Origin: Blepharisma stoltei ATCC 30299
Taxonomy: Eukaryota > Protista > Ciliophora
Assembly: GCA_965603825.1 (NCBI GenBank)
Contig: CBFDEM010000018.1
Coordinates: forward strand, 124,001 to 188,000
Direction of reading: 5' to 3'
Length of the DNA stretch: 64,000 nucleotides
Shown piece by piece: positions 36,395 through 47,979 of the stretch (position 1 is its first letter; each line of letters opens with the position of its first letter). Below the pieces are notes generated by a model. That model made no database searches, had not been told where the DNA came from, and saw only the letters and a program-made list of their open reading frames with translations. A program made the position numbers and the translations under genes.

Positions 36395-37396
36395 ATGAGA
36401 GACCAATTAAAGCTGTCCATGGAATTAAAGGCTATCCTTGCTTCAGATGACCTTAATACTTTTATGCAAGCAAAAGTCAAAAGAGGTGGGGTTTATGGAA
36501 AAGAAAAGAAAACGATTCTTCATTTGGCTGCTAAATACTGCCAAAGTATTGCCATCCCATACTATTGTGTATATAAATTAAAAGTCAATCCAAAGACGAA
36601 GACCAAGCGGTCCAACTCCAGCGCTCTTCATTATGCTTGTATATACGGAAAGCTGCAACTTGTCGAGTTTTTGGTTTCCTCTTGTAAGGTTCCTGTAGAT
36701 ATACAGAGGAAACATGGAGAAACTCCTTTGCTGCTAGCGATTCGGCACAATCATAATGAACTGTCTGAGTTTTTGATAAGCAAGAATGCAGATTTAAACG
36801 TCAAAGACAGCAAAGACTGGACTTTGGCCCATTGGGCAGCCAAAAATGGAAACTCAGGATTGCTATCCAAGTTGATCAAATTAGGAGCACCTTTTCAAGG
36901 AGTCACGAAGAGTTCAGAATATTGCTTGCACTTCGCTGCAAGCAGTGGAAATGCAGACATCGTCAAAGCACTTTTCCCTTACTTTTACCCTTTCGCATGT
37001 GGCGAAAAAGGGACTGTACTTCATTATGCTAAGGGTAATTGGGAAATTGTAGAGTGGGTTATTTCAAACACGATTTGGCAGAAAATGCCAAGATTGAGTA
37101 TTTTATTAGATATTGGGGCAAGCAGTAGCTTGATATTTCAGTATTGTAAAGAAGAAATTAACTTAGGAGTTGTTTTGATGTATGATAGAGCAGATTTGTT
37201 AGAAATTTTATATATAAATAAAAAAATCCAAATTCAATTGTTGGTTCACGAAAAATTAGGACCAAGATGTACCGAAAAAATCAAAAAGCTGGAAAGATGG
37301 GAAAATGTGAGAGGTCTACTTTTTGTATATAAACATCAAAATATGTATGCAAAAGTACCTTTGAGCCTTACCAGAGAGATTTCCGAATATATTTAA
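36395..37396 (+). CDS. Ankyrin-repeat protein
   Basis: TILHLAA, SALHYAC..G, GETPLLLA, TLAHWAA..G and CLHFAA..G repeats. ATG 36395; ends TAA. Confidence 0.92.
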   Translation: MRDQLKLSMELKAILASDDLNTFMQAKVKRGGVYGKEKKTILHLAAKYCQSIAIPYYCVYKLKVNPKTKTKRSNSSALHYACIYGKLQLVEFLVSSCKVPVDIQRKHGETPLLLAIRHNHNELSEFLISKNADLNVKDSKDWTLAHWAAKNGNSGLLSKLIKLGAPFQGVTKSSEYCLHFAASSGNADIVKALFPYFYPFACGEKGTVLHYAKGNWEIVEWVISNTIWQKMPRLSILLDIGASSSLIFQYCKEEINLGVVLMYDRADLLEILYINKKIQIQLLVHEKLGPRCTEKIKKLERWENVRGLLFVYKHQNMYAKVPLSLTREISEYI

Positions 37397-37704
37397 CTAT
37401 AAATAGTATTATGAATGTAATAAGTTTAAGTTAATTTGCTGCATTTTGATCAACAACATTAACTTATTTGATGAAAATTAATTTTTGAATATATAGAGGA
37501 ATATGAAGAATTTTTTTAAATCTATTTTGTTTGGCTATTGATTTGCGTGTTTGAACTCATTTTTAAGTTAAAGAGGTTCTTATTTAAAAATTTTTGCAGT
37601 TAGTAGTCTAATATTCAAATTTATTAAGAGAAAATTTAGATTTCCTATAAAATATCAATAGCTATTCAAGCTTATAAAATTTTAAAACTGTTAATTAAAT
37701 TATA

Positions 37705-38166
37705 TTAGCACGACCTGCTCTCTAAATCAATAAATAATGGCATCCTAAAAATTGCCTCGTTTGAATTCCTTCTGCTAGAAAATGCACTATTATCCGGGGA
37801 ACTAGAATCAGTATCTGGAGAACTTTCTCTGTGTGAAAATTGACACTTGCTACCATAAATGCAGTATCCCTTGTCTTGATACATTTTGCATCCAGGGATT
37901 TTCGGTTTTGCGCTTTTGTGCGATTTATTTCTTAGTTCCTCAATTCCATGCGCAAAAGCGCATTTGTTTCCGAATTCGCACTGCCCTGATTCCCAGTTTT
38001 TGCACATCTCAGTTTTATATTTGACCTGAAATTCTGTATCGGTTCCTTTAGCTCTTATTGCCGAATTAGACTTCCCATATAAAGATTTTTCGTTTTGGAG
38101 TAGTAGCGATGTGCTTTCAAGTCTTTTGCTTGTGCTTTTGCTGAGGTTGATATGTTGGGTATTCAT
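37705..38166 (-). CDS. Tandem CCCH zinc-finger RNA-binding protein (TTP/ZFP36-like)
   Basis: KYKTEMC..W..GQC.FG.KC.FAHG and a second C-x8-C-x5-C-x3-H finger. Confidence 0.92.
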   Translation of the reverse strand: MNTQHINLSKSTSKRLESTSLLLQNEKSLYGKSNSAIRAKGTDTEFQVKYKTEMCKNWESGQCEFGNKCAFAHGIEELRNKSHKSAKPKIPGCKMYQDKGYCIYGSKCQFSHRESSPDTDSSSPDNSAFSSRRNSNEAIFRMPLFIDLESRSC

Positions 38167-38524
38167 AATTTTCAAAAATTATTTATAAATTAATAGACTA
38201 ATTAAATATGGAATATATACGTTTTATGGAGTCCATCTTAAATTAGAATAATTTTAAGGTAATTCAATATTAATTTTTAATTAAATATTTCTGCTCATGA
38301 ATAGAATTTATATAGATAATTGATTTTAGACAAATTTATATCTGTATATTAGCTAAAAATTACTAAATGGAAAATTTATCTATTTTTATTTTTAATTAAT
38401 AAATATAAATTGCTATTTTGAGATTTACTAAAATGTTATTATTCAGTTAACTATTCTCTATTTTTATTAATCTTTCTTTTTAATTGCATGCTTATAATTA
38501 AAATTTATTTTGAATTGATATAAT

Positions 38525-39547
38525 ATGTCAACCCTCAAGAAAACTAGATCAACAAAAGCAGATCAAGCCAGAGAATATCTACGATTAGTTCACTTGAAAC
38601 AAAAAGAGTTGAAGAAAAATAAAGATTTGCATGAAGAATCCAAAAAATCCAATCAAATGCAGATTTTAGATGACAAAAATAAGCTAGAAGACATTGAAAG
38701 GCTTCAAGAGGAGCTAGAAAGATGCTCAAAAAATCAAGAAAAAAACCAAAAAATAATTGGCTTATTAAGGAATGAGCTTTTGAAATTTGATTTAGAAACC
38801 AACCATCACAACTATGAAGAACAAAAAATGCCGACTAGCACAAAGTCAGATCAAGAGCCTAAAAGACTTGATATTGAAGCTACACACAATTTAACAAAAT
38901 TAAGGCTTGAAATATCAGAGCTTAAAAACGAAATTGCTAAACAAGAAACTGTTATAAACCAAAAAGAAAAAAAACTTATAAAATTAGCTACTATAAATCG
39001 GCCTGTCTCTGCCAGGCTTGAAAGAGAAGCCGCAGCTATGGACTCAACCCTAAAAAATGTCCAAAATCGATTAAAGCTGCTCAAACACACCGAAAATCTT
39101 GTCCAAACAAATGACATAGAAGGCTTAAATGGTCTCCTTAATACAATAAATGAATTCAAGCCAGAAAAACCTGAACCTATTTGCACAGTAGATGATGCAT
39201 GAACAATAGCACCTTCTGAAGTCAGAGAAAAGCTAAATGAAAATTACAAAATAATGAAAAAAAATATTGAAATCATAAATAGTTTAAAAAAAGATTTATC
39301 AGAAGGCATTGAATACGACACAGTTTTGCGGGCAAGATTAAATAAATTACTAGAAGAAAAAAACAAAAAATTCAATAAAGATCAAGAAAGCTCATTAAAT
39401 GGAATTTTAAACAGTTTGGGGAGCGGATATGATGCTGAAATTAATAAATTAAAACAAGAAATCATTGACCTCGACCAAACATTATCATCAAAGTGGCTTA
39501 AAAAGAAAAAAGAAGTAAGCTTCGAGCCAGCGCAAATAAGTGATTAA
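38525..39547 (+). CDS. Coiled-coil protein, ~340 aa
   Basis: 38525-39202 and 39254-39547 are in frame through TGA 39200. Ends TAA. Confidence 0.8.
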
Positions 39548-39606
39548 TTGTTTTATCTATATACAAATAAGTATTTTAATTAAAATTGTGATAGCATAGC
39601 TGAGCA

Positions 39607-39679
39607 GCCCGTGTAGCCTAACGGATAAGGCGCTTCCCTCCTAAGGAAGAGACTGTGGGTTCAAGTCCCATCTCGGGTG
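39607..39679 (+). tRNA. trnR-CCT: tRNA-Arg (anticodon CCT)
   Basis: 73-nt cloverleaf: acceptor GCCCGTG/CTCGGGT, D arm GCCT/AGGC, anticodon arm CTTCC-CTCCTAA-GGAAG, T arm GTGGG-TTCAAGT-CCCAT. Confidence 0.96.
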
Positions 39680-39685
39680 TTTTTT
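39680..39685 (+). terminator. RNA polymerase III oligo-T terminator
   Basis: T6 run immediately after the tRNA discriminator base. Confidence 0.8.
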
Positions 39686-39688
39686 ATA

Positions 39689-41710
39689 ATGATTTTTTTA
39701 ATAGCTTTCATTGTCAGCTTGACAATCTCAAGCTTAGCTTATGCGTCTACAAGCCTTTCTAATTCATCATATTTCAATATAGATGACACTGAGCAGCTGC
39801 GGAACCTTCCTATTCCTGCTGCACCTGTTATTTTTGGATTTTCTCAAGAAAGAGGCTTAAAAGTGTTTCCTCCTTATAAATACCCTCCTTGTAGTTATAC
39901 TTATTTCAATGCCCTCAACAAGATTCATATGGATTATAAAAACAATACAGTCAGCTTGACCTGCGCCTATGAGAAAGATCCATATATTGTTTTCGGGCCA
40001 GATTTATTCACAAAATTGTCATTGCCGATGGAAGCGAAAAAGTCTTTAATTAGGGTGAAATGGAAAGGGGAGCCAATAAAAATCCTACCCTATCACGAAT
40101 TTGCGATAGGTTCATGTGTGGATAGTGACTATACAACTGTGAATTTATTTCATTTAGCTCCAAGGTATAAACCAAAAACATATGAAAATACATTGAAGAT
40201 AGCTCAACAATTGAGAGCCAAGCCGAAAAAACCGATGTTGATGGTATTTTTAACAGTTGATAGCTTTTCAAGAAGACACTTTTTTAGAAAATTAGAATCT
40301 ACGTTAGGATTTTTAAATAAACTCAAAGAAAGCGGAACATATGATGTTTTTGATTATAAATTTCATAATATTATTGGTGCTGATACTGCTGAAAACCAAT
40401 TAAGAGTTTTTGCTGAAAAATGGGTAAGAGAATTCGTTGGAGACCAAGACGTAGACTTTGCTGGAAAAGACGCGATTTGGTTTAAATTGAAAAATCTAGG
40501 ATTCATGACTTTATATGGAACAGATGCCTGCTCTCACAATACAGTAAAATCAATAGGAAGACGCCCAGTTGTAGACCATTCAGTTAATTTATTTTATTGT
40601 GCCAATTATATATATGGTGACTATAGAGCTTCCAAATTTAAAGTGTCTAAGCAGCGTTGTTTAGGGCCTGAAATGGCTCATCATTATTTAATGGAATATT
40701 CTATAAATTTCAGCAAACAGTATATAAAAGCAAATCAATGGGTCTACAATCACATGACGGCAGCACATGAAAGTAGTGGACAGCATGCTCAAGCCTTAGA
40801 TGATGACCTTAAAGAATATTTAGAAAAATATATTAATCAATTCGAAAAAACACATGAAATCGTCATTTTTCTTAATGGGGATCACGGAATGAGATATGGA
40901 GACTTTTTGTCTGACCAAGAAAGCATCCAAGAGCATAGGCTGCCTGCGCTTTTTATTATTGGGAAGAAAGAATTTTTTAAAAAAATTGATCCTGACTATA
41001 GCGTTTTGCAGCACAATTCATTAAGACTGACAACAAAGCCAGATCTCAGAAAAACAATGCTTTATCTAGCTCATTGGCAAAGTGATGTAAAATTTGAGTA
41101 TGAAAAAAATAATTTTTATAATCTGCTATTGGAAAAAGTTCCAGACTCCAGAACTTGCCAAGATGCAGAAATTCCGCTATGATTCTGCTCAAGCTACTTA
41201 CCAAATCCTATTGATCGGCGAATTTTTGACCCAGCTGACAGTAACTACTGAAATAGAAACAACACAGAAAAAAATCTTGGTCACACCCTCAATTTTATAG
41301 GAAAAATTCTTTTTGAAGAAATGAATGACTCAATGTTCATGAAAAGTCAGCCAGACACACTCTGCACTATAATAAAACTAAAAAAAATCGAAAATGCAAG
41401 CATGATAAAAGTAGATGAAAATAATATTTTATTTAGAATTATGGTAAGCGTCGAAGAAAGCACAAGGGCTCTGCTAGATTCTTGGATCATTATAACTTCA
41501 ACACCTCTTAATGACGATATCATGAAAAATGAAAATTTTTTGTCACAGCCGATTGTATTTGAAAGTAAAAAGATGTTCGTTAGAGTAATCATTACTTAGA
41601 TATTAAATATAGCAAGAGCTGATAAATACGGTGGCCCTTGCGAAATGAAGGCTAGAAAATCAGGGCTGAATCCTCAGTTTTGTGTTTGCAATGATGAAAA
41701 AATCAGATAA
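39689..41710 (+). CDS. DUF229-like (alkaline phosphatase/sulfatase fold) secreted or membrane protein
   Basis: Signal peptide; VDSFSRRHFFRKL, GDHGMRYG, EHRLP, RTC.DAEIPL*FC. TGA at 41180 and 41249. Intron 41585-41599 adds the C-terminal IARADKYG..C...FCVC. Ends TAA 41710. Confidence 0.85.
41585..41599 (+). other. 15-nt spliceosomal intron GTAATCATTACTTAG
   Basis: GT..AG, A at position 10; removes an in-frame TAG and restores the family-type C-terminus. Confidence 0.88.
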
Positions 41711-41733
41711 TTTTAATTAACACAATAATTATA

Positions 41734-42543
41734 ATGATCTTTTTTAAACCTTATGAATTTTCAAGAAAAATAATCCAAGAACCACTCAATAAATTGAAGA
41801 AGCTAGAAAAGGATGATGATCAAGAGTCTCCGTATGAAGAATCAATATACGTTAGAAGGGTGTCTATTTCAAATCCGACACAAACTCTTCATGCGGCGTA
41901 TGCAACTGTATCAAAGCATAAAAAAGTTTTATTTAAACATAATAAAAGCAGTTGAAATGCGGCTTACCCAGAAAACTCGCCCAGTCCTACAAATTTTTCG
42001 ACTCAGGACTATAAACCTTCATTTTATCCGAATGCTTCACTAAACCCAGAACTAGAGAGAAAAATAAAGGCAATAGGTGCAGTTAATAGAACCTCAAATT
42101 TATTTAGAAAGGAAAAATGCTTTTCATCACCTAGGTATCAAAGAAATGTAAGGAAAGGAAGTCCAATTAAAATTCATAGCATTAGCCCAAACATTGCAAT
42201 TAGCTTAATGAGAACTCAGATAAATGAAAAATGTAGCCAATGTGGCTATGAGAATTGTACTTGCTTTTCCAAGTTAGATATTTTAAATCAAAAAATAAAA
42301 GAGCAGCATCACCATAATAAAAATGCAAGAAAAGCTTTACAAAATGAAATCAATGAACTTGTAATATCAAAAGAAAATCAAAAAATTAAAAAATTAAAGC
42401 CAATGCTTATAAAAACATATAGAGCACAGTCTGTTGATACTCAACTTCTTAGTATAGAAGATATTGAGCAAAAGCGCAATGCAACCCTAAGTGTTTGTGT
42501 TACACCTGTGACATTACATAAGAAGCGTAAATATAAATTTTAA
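41734..42543 (+). CDS. Hypothetical basic protein, ~269 aa
   Basis: 41734-41955 and 42208-42543 are in frame through TGA 41953, with no TAA/TAG between them. Confidence 0.75.
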
Positions 42544-42596
42544 TTTTTGTTTATTGTATGCCTCTCATCCCTAATAAAATTAATTTGATTAATTAA

Positions 42597-43778
42597 TTAT
42601 AAATTATCTTCAAAAGATATCACCTTTCCTTTTGCCAAAATCCAAGTGATATCAATATTCATATTTTCATGCTCCCATCCTTCTTCAGACCTCCTATTTT
42701 CAGCACATATTAATTTCGCACACAAATACATCCCAGAGAATTTTCCAATTAAATCAATATCTACTTCATAAACCCTTGGACTTTCCAAAAAATTAATCCA
42801 CACAATAGGCTTAATCACAAAATCAGTTGGCTTAAATTCAAAATATTCATATCCTTGGCACTCACACTTTGGATAAGTTTTAATCTTTTGTTCGCTTTCC
42901 AAAAACGTTTTAACACAATCATCATTTGTTAAATTATCATAAATACTGAGACCTGGGTCAGTTACATCAATATATGATTCACTTGTAAAAATAATTAATG
43001 TTTTGATTGGACAAGTAAAGTTTCCGACTCTTGATATTTCAAGGCCTGTTATGCAGGCTATAAAAGGAGCGGTATCAGCTTCATTTATATCAATTGGAAT
43101 ATCTAGCAAAAATGGATCATTTACATATCTTCTTGATTTTAATACATCACATTGTTTTTCTTCTAGCTGCTGGTATACATAGCGAACTTTTTCTTTGAAA
43201 GCTTCAGGGTCATTTTCGCCACATGCAATGGCATCTAATGGAAAATTAGAAAAAACATACTTAAATATAGTAATTCCTGCATGCTCACATTTCTTTTGTA
43301 CATTCCTATTTTTTTGCCTCATCCATTCTTTTATGATTTTAATAGCTTCTCTTTTAGACAGATAATATTCCACATTATTGAACTGTGAGTCAACCAGCAC
43401 ACTTACGATATTCACATTTGTCTTATTTTCACGGCAACAATAAGGCTTCTGGTTTTTTTCAAAGAGATTTTCAAGTCAATAAATAGGATTATCCTCATCA
43501 ACCCCTCCATTTGTGGAGTAGCCTTTAAAATCTAAATATTCATAGTCCTCTTTATGCTTAAACTCAAGAGATTCTTTCAGAAGTCTATAGCACGTGCAGT
43601 CTGCTAAATCAAGCGGTTTTTGGATATAAAAATCCCTTTGGACAAGATTTCGAAGAAACCCAATCGCTTTCGTTGCATGATAAAAAGTTTTGCTTAATAA
43701 AACTATGTGCCTGAATATTTGTGAGGTTTCTAGAAAAATAAGAATCGAAGGAAGGATATCGCCTGGCAAATGTTCCAT
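42597..43778 (-). CDS. F-box-like protein
   Basis: N-terminal LPGDILPSILIFL...LSKTFY. TGA 43476 joins two ORFs. Ends TAA. Confidence 0.75.
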
Positions 43779-43859
43779 AGTTTGAATTATTATTCTATAT
43801 AATTATGCTTATTTGTTTCATAAAATATGTATCATTTGGATAAATATTAATCAGGTGGC

Positions 43860-45221
43860 ATGAGCTATTTGGATCTTTGTGATAAATTTAGCGAGGTAAG
43901 AGACCACTGGCTATCAACAAGATCTTTTTCTGATGAATATTTAAATTTTCTTTTATACAAATCAGAAATTGATAGAACTTATGCGAAGGGTCTAAAAAAG
44001 CTTGCAAAAATGCCAATTTTCGGGATGGCAAAAGGCACTCTGCTACCAGGGTTTAATACTCTTCAAAATCTGTGCATTCAGCATTCAATACAGCTTAAGA
44101 TCCTTTCAGAAAATTTGCATAAAGATCTTGCTTTAACATTGAAGCAATTAGCTGCCCATCAAGATTTAATCATAAAAGATAAATCAGAACTAGCCAAAAG
44201 AATTATCTCTGAAAGGGAAAAAATCATAAAATCGCATGAAAAAGCAAAGAGCAACTATATGAAAGAATTTAAAGAAGGCCACGTGACTGATAAAAGTCTG
44301 AAACTGGAAGAAAAGTATAAAAATTGTATAGAAAGGCTGAATACTTGCAATAAAGCTTATATAGAAAATATGAAAGTGGTTTTATCAACTTATCAAGAAC
44401 AAGAAGAAGAAAATTCTAAAAAACTAAAAGAAGTGCTGATAAAAATGATATCTTATGAGCAAGCATATATTAATACTTATAGAAACGAATTTGAGCCTTT
44501 ATTGCCAGCAATGCAATCTTTCAATCCGCCTATAGATTTACAAAAATTCATTAATGATAACTTAACTGAATCAGGAGTTGATACTGTGAAGTTTATGCCT
44601 TATCTGCCTCCAACTCCTAGACAAAGTTTGAATTCAATAAGCAATAAAGAAGAAATCCTACAAGGTATAATCCAAAAATGCTGGGATGGTGAAGAACTAA
44701 CCAGAGAAGAAGGATCGAAATTTTTATGAACAATTTCAGACGAAATCGGTAAAAAAACCTGAGTCCAACTTCTCAGCAGTGTTAGGACTCAAGGCCGCGA
44801 ATTAATTCCTCTATCCACTTTTGAAGCATTTGGAGACCTCATGTGATGTGCCCTTACTTCTATGATGGAGAACAATGACTATAAGTACGCAAGAGAATGC
44901 ATCAGTCTTTCACAAGTATTTTATACAGAAGAAAACAACGAAAAAAAATACATCCAAGATTTCCTTATGATGCATCCTCTCTGGCAAGAAGAATATAACT
45001 GGGAAAAACTTATAATAACTGCTATTGAGCAAGAAATTGAATTTTTTATCCAAAATAAAAATATAGGAGAATTAAAATCGCAGATTATTGCTATATCACA
45101 GCTGACTTGATATACACATATTATGACGATTTATAATGCAGATGAGGCAATGATAGCTCGATTAACAGCTCGTCTGAAAGGACTATATAATATTTCTGAA
45201 GGATTTTCAGTGTATCCATAA
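43860..45221 (+). CDS. F-BAR (FCH) domain protein with SBF2-like C-terminal helical domain
   Basis: FL..+SEID+TYAK.LKKL FCH motif, coiled coil, HPLWQ...W motif. TGA at 44727, 44760, 44844 and 45108. Ends TAA 45221. Confidence 0.82.
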
Positions 45222-45281
45222 ATTTAATATCCTTCAATATTGAAATAATAAATTACCTAGTTAATTATAAGGAAAAATGCA

Positions 45282-45908
45282 TTAATTAATATTTACAAGA
45301 GGCTCTGAATCGATAGAAATTTCTTTTATAGCTGGAGTAAATTGCCGTAAGCGATACAAGATTGATTCTTGTTCTAAAGGATGAACAGATCTAGGGGTTT
45401 TAGGAAGAAATTGCAATTTCACTTGAGGATTTTGACTACAATTTTTTAGGTCAACATTTTTTGCTTTTTTCCTGCGATGCCGACGTGCTAAAACTCCTTT
45501 TGTACCCGGTTTCCAATCTTTTACAACTCTCATTACATGGCAAAGTACTGGGTATTTTTCGTTAAAATAAACAGCATGCATTCTGTAAGTAAAAGTTGAT
45601 AATAGTCCGTTGGCAATAATGTAGTAGACTAATGGCCGTTGTACAGGTAAAGGAACAGGAAAATAGCTGATCCTTTTTCATTGATATCTTTTAGTTAGTC
45701 CTTTGACTTTGGGAAATTTCAATAAGCTGTATTCTTGATCTTTAAGAAAATAAATAAAGCCATTCTCTGGGTAAGTATAAATTAAGGTAGGATGGTGTTG
45801 GGATATTTTGAAGTTATACTGCTTCGAGTATTCTTCAAAATTAGATAGGATAAACTTGTATTCAGAGCCTTTGAGCCACCGTTCTTCCCATAGGAATTTT
45901 GGGAGCAT
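45282..45908 (-). CDS. Small protein with CG-1-like (CAMTA-type) DNA-binding domain
   Basis: RWLK..EY..IL.NF, P.NG.IYF, YQ*KR, VLCHV.RV, followed by a basic NLS-like RRHRRKK. TGA 45678 joins two ORFs. Confidence 0.6.
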
Positions 45909-46474
45909 TTTAATTTATATTGCTAATGACACTCCATTTTCAAATTTTTGGGGACTCTAAATATAAATATAATCATTTATTGTTTAAATTAATTGACTTA
46001 AGAACCAATTATTATTTAAATCTTGTTATTCCCGTAAATTTATTAAAATTCCATAAATTAATACTTGATTAATATTATTATTCAAATTTTCTGATAAACC
46101 TATAATAAATATAAATAAAGTAATAGTAATTTAAATAAACAATATGAAAACTATATAATTAATTATTCCAAAATATGATTATAACCTTATTTTTTAATCT
46201 AAACAATATTTTTGACAGACCCCTAATAATATCTCTCTTATCAATTGGGGTAAATTTTCTGTCTTGTTAAATCTGACAAAAAATTCAATAAAATATAAAC
46301 TATCACAATTTATTAATAAAAATGCCCTTTTCTGGCCAAAAGCAGTAACAAAAAAATGACCATAAAACAGTTTTAATGTCCGAAGCAATTTTACGCATAT
46401 TCAAATTTATCTAGTCTTTTTATAAGAAAAATTAAGAATGCAGTTCTTAAGAGTTTTACTAATAACAATAATTA

Positions 46475-47620
46475 ATGGAGCCCAAGAAAAGATATAACCT
46501 TCCAGCAAAAGCACGTAGCGGCACTTTTTCTGATGACTTGTTATCCAGAAATTGAGACACACAAAATGGAGGTTCTCAGAAGGACTCAAAGTATAGTCTC
46601 GTTCACACATCTGCATCACAATGCTTCAGTGACATGATAGACGAAGATCCGACACTTTCTTATAGTGGTGACATTGACTCTTCTTCAGACCTTTCTATCA
46701 ATATTGGCACTCTCCCTTCTTTGTGCCGCACCAAGACAGGAAGCAAAAGAGCACAACAATACATTGCAAAGAGTCGACCAGAAGAAATTGAACAAATCGT
46801 GAATGTTGTCGCTCCACATCTAGGTGATTTAATGACTGACTTATATGGTAACTACATGTGCCAAACTTTATTCCAAAGCTGTTCGTCAGTCCAAAGGCTT
46901 ATTCTTCTGACTGGAATGAGAGATGATATTATCAGAATTTCAAGAAACCCGAGAGGGACACATGCGCTTCAAACTGTCATTACTCTTGCTAGTTTGCCTG
47001 AAGAAGAACTTGTATACCAAAAAGCTTTGCAAGGCCACATCGTAGAGCTTTCATTAGAAACAAATGCGTCTCATGTAATTCAAAGAATACTCTCGACATT
47101 AAAAAATAAGCATTTTGTTATAAGAGAAATTTTAGGACATGTCAGAGAACTTGCTCTAGACAAACTTGGCTTGTGTGTAATAAAAAAATGTGTGAATGAT
47201 CCCCAAATTTTCAATGAGTTATTAAGTCAAGCGTTAGTTTTGATGCAAGATCCGTATGGTAATTATGCTCTTCAGCATATGATTGATCAGTGGCAAGAAG
47301 AGTGCTCGTTTCAAATAATTAGTTGCATTAAAGGTAAAGTAGTACAACTCTGCATACAGAAATACTCGTCCAATGTGATGGAAAAGTGTATAAAAGAGGA
47401 AAGAATGAGGGAAGAAATAATAAATGAGCTTATTGCAGAAGATAAGCTCCCTGTTTTACTAAGTTGTCCGTATGGGTGTTATGTATTGAGAACAGCTGCG
47501 TTGGAGTCAGATCAAAAACAAAGAGAGAGACTAAAGAATGCCATAGATATGGCAATCCCAACGTTGCATCAAAAAAAGCTGAAACCAAGATGGGATGAAA
47601 TTTTAAGTTATTTAAGATAA
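46475..47620 (+). CDS. Pumilio/PUF RNA-binding protein
   Basis: PUF repeats (DLYGNYMCQ, GTHALQ, ASHVIQ, DPYGNYALQ, QKYSSNVMEK, CPYGCYVL). An upstream in-frame ATG at 46475 is reached via TGA 46553. Confidence 0.92.
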
Positions 47621-47979
47621 GAATTAATTACAAAACAATAAACATTGCTTTTAAAGTATTTAGTTTGAGATATACAAATGCCATATATAATATTTTTATT
47701 AAATTACCTAATTCTCAAATACTTTACAGAATTTTAAAATAGGGATTTTAATTTAATTTAAGTAGTGAGATTCAATAAATTAATTTTTCTCAAAGAAATT
47801 CCAATTTTGAGATAAGAATTCTAAAGCTTTATTTTGATGCTATCAAATAATCTTTCTTTATATCGCATTTAACTATTAAATAATATCAGCTAAAACTAAA
47901 TATTAAAAAGTGTTTGGTAAAAATATTTTATTAAATATAAGAATTCCAGAAAACTCATCCTCTAACTTTTTTCTTAAAA

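Noticed and set aside
46194-46619. Two minus-strand ORFs upstream of Pumilio
   Set aside because: Non-ATG starts; one overlaps the TGA-extended Pumilio N-terminus on the plus strand.
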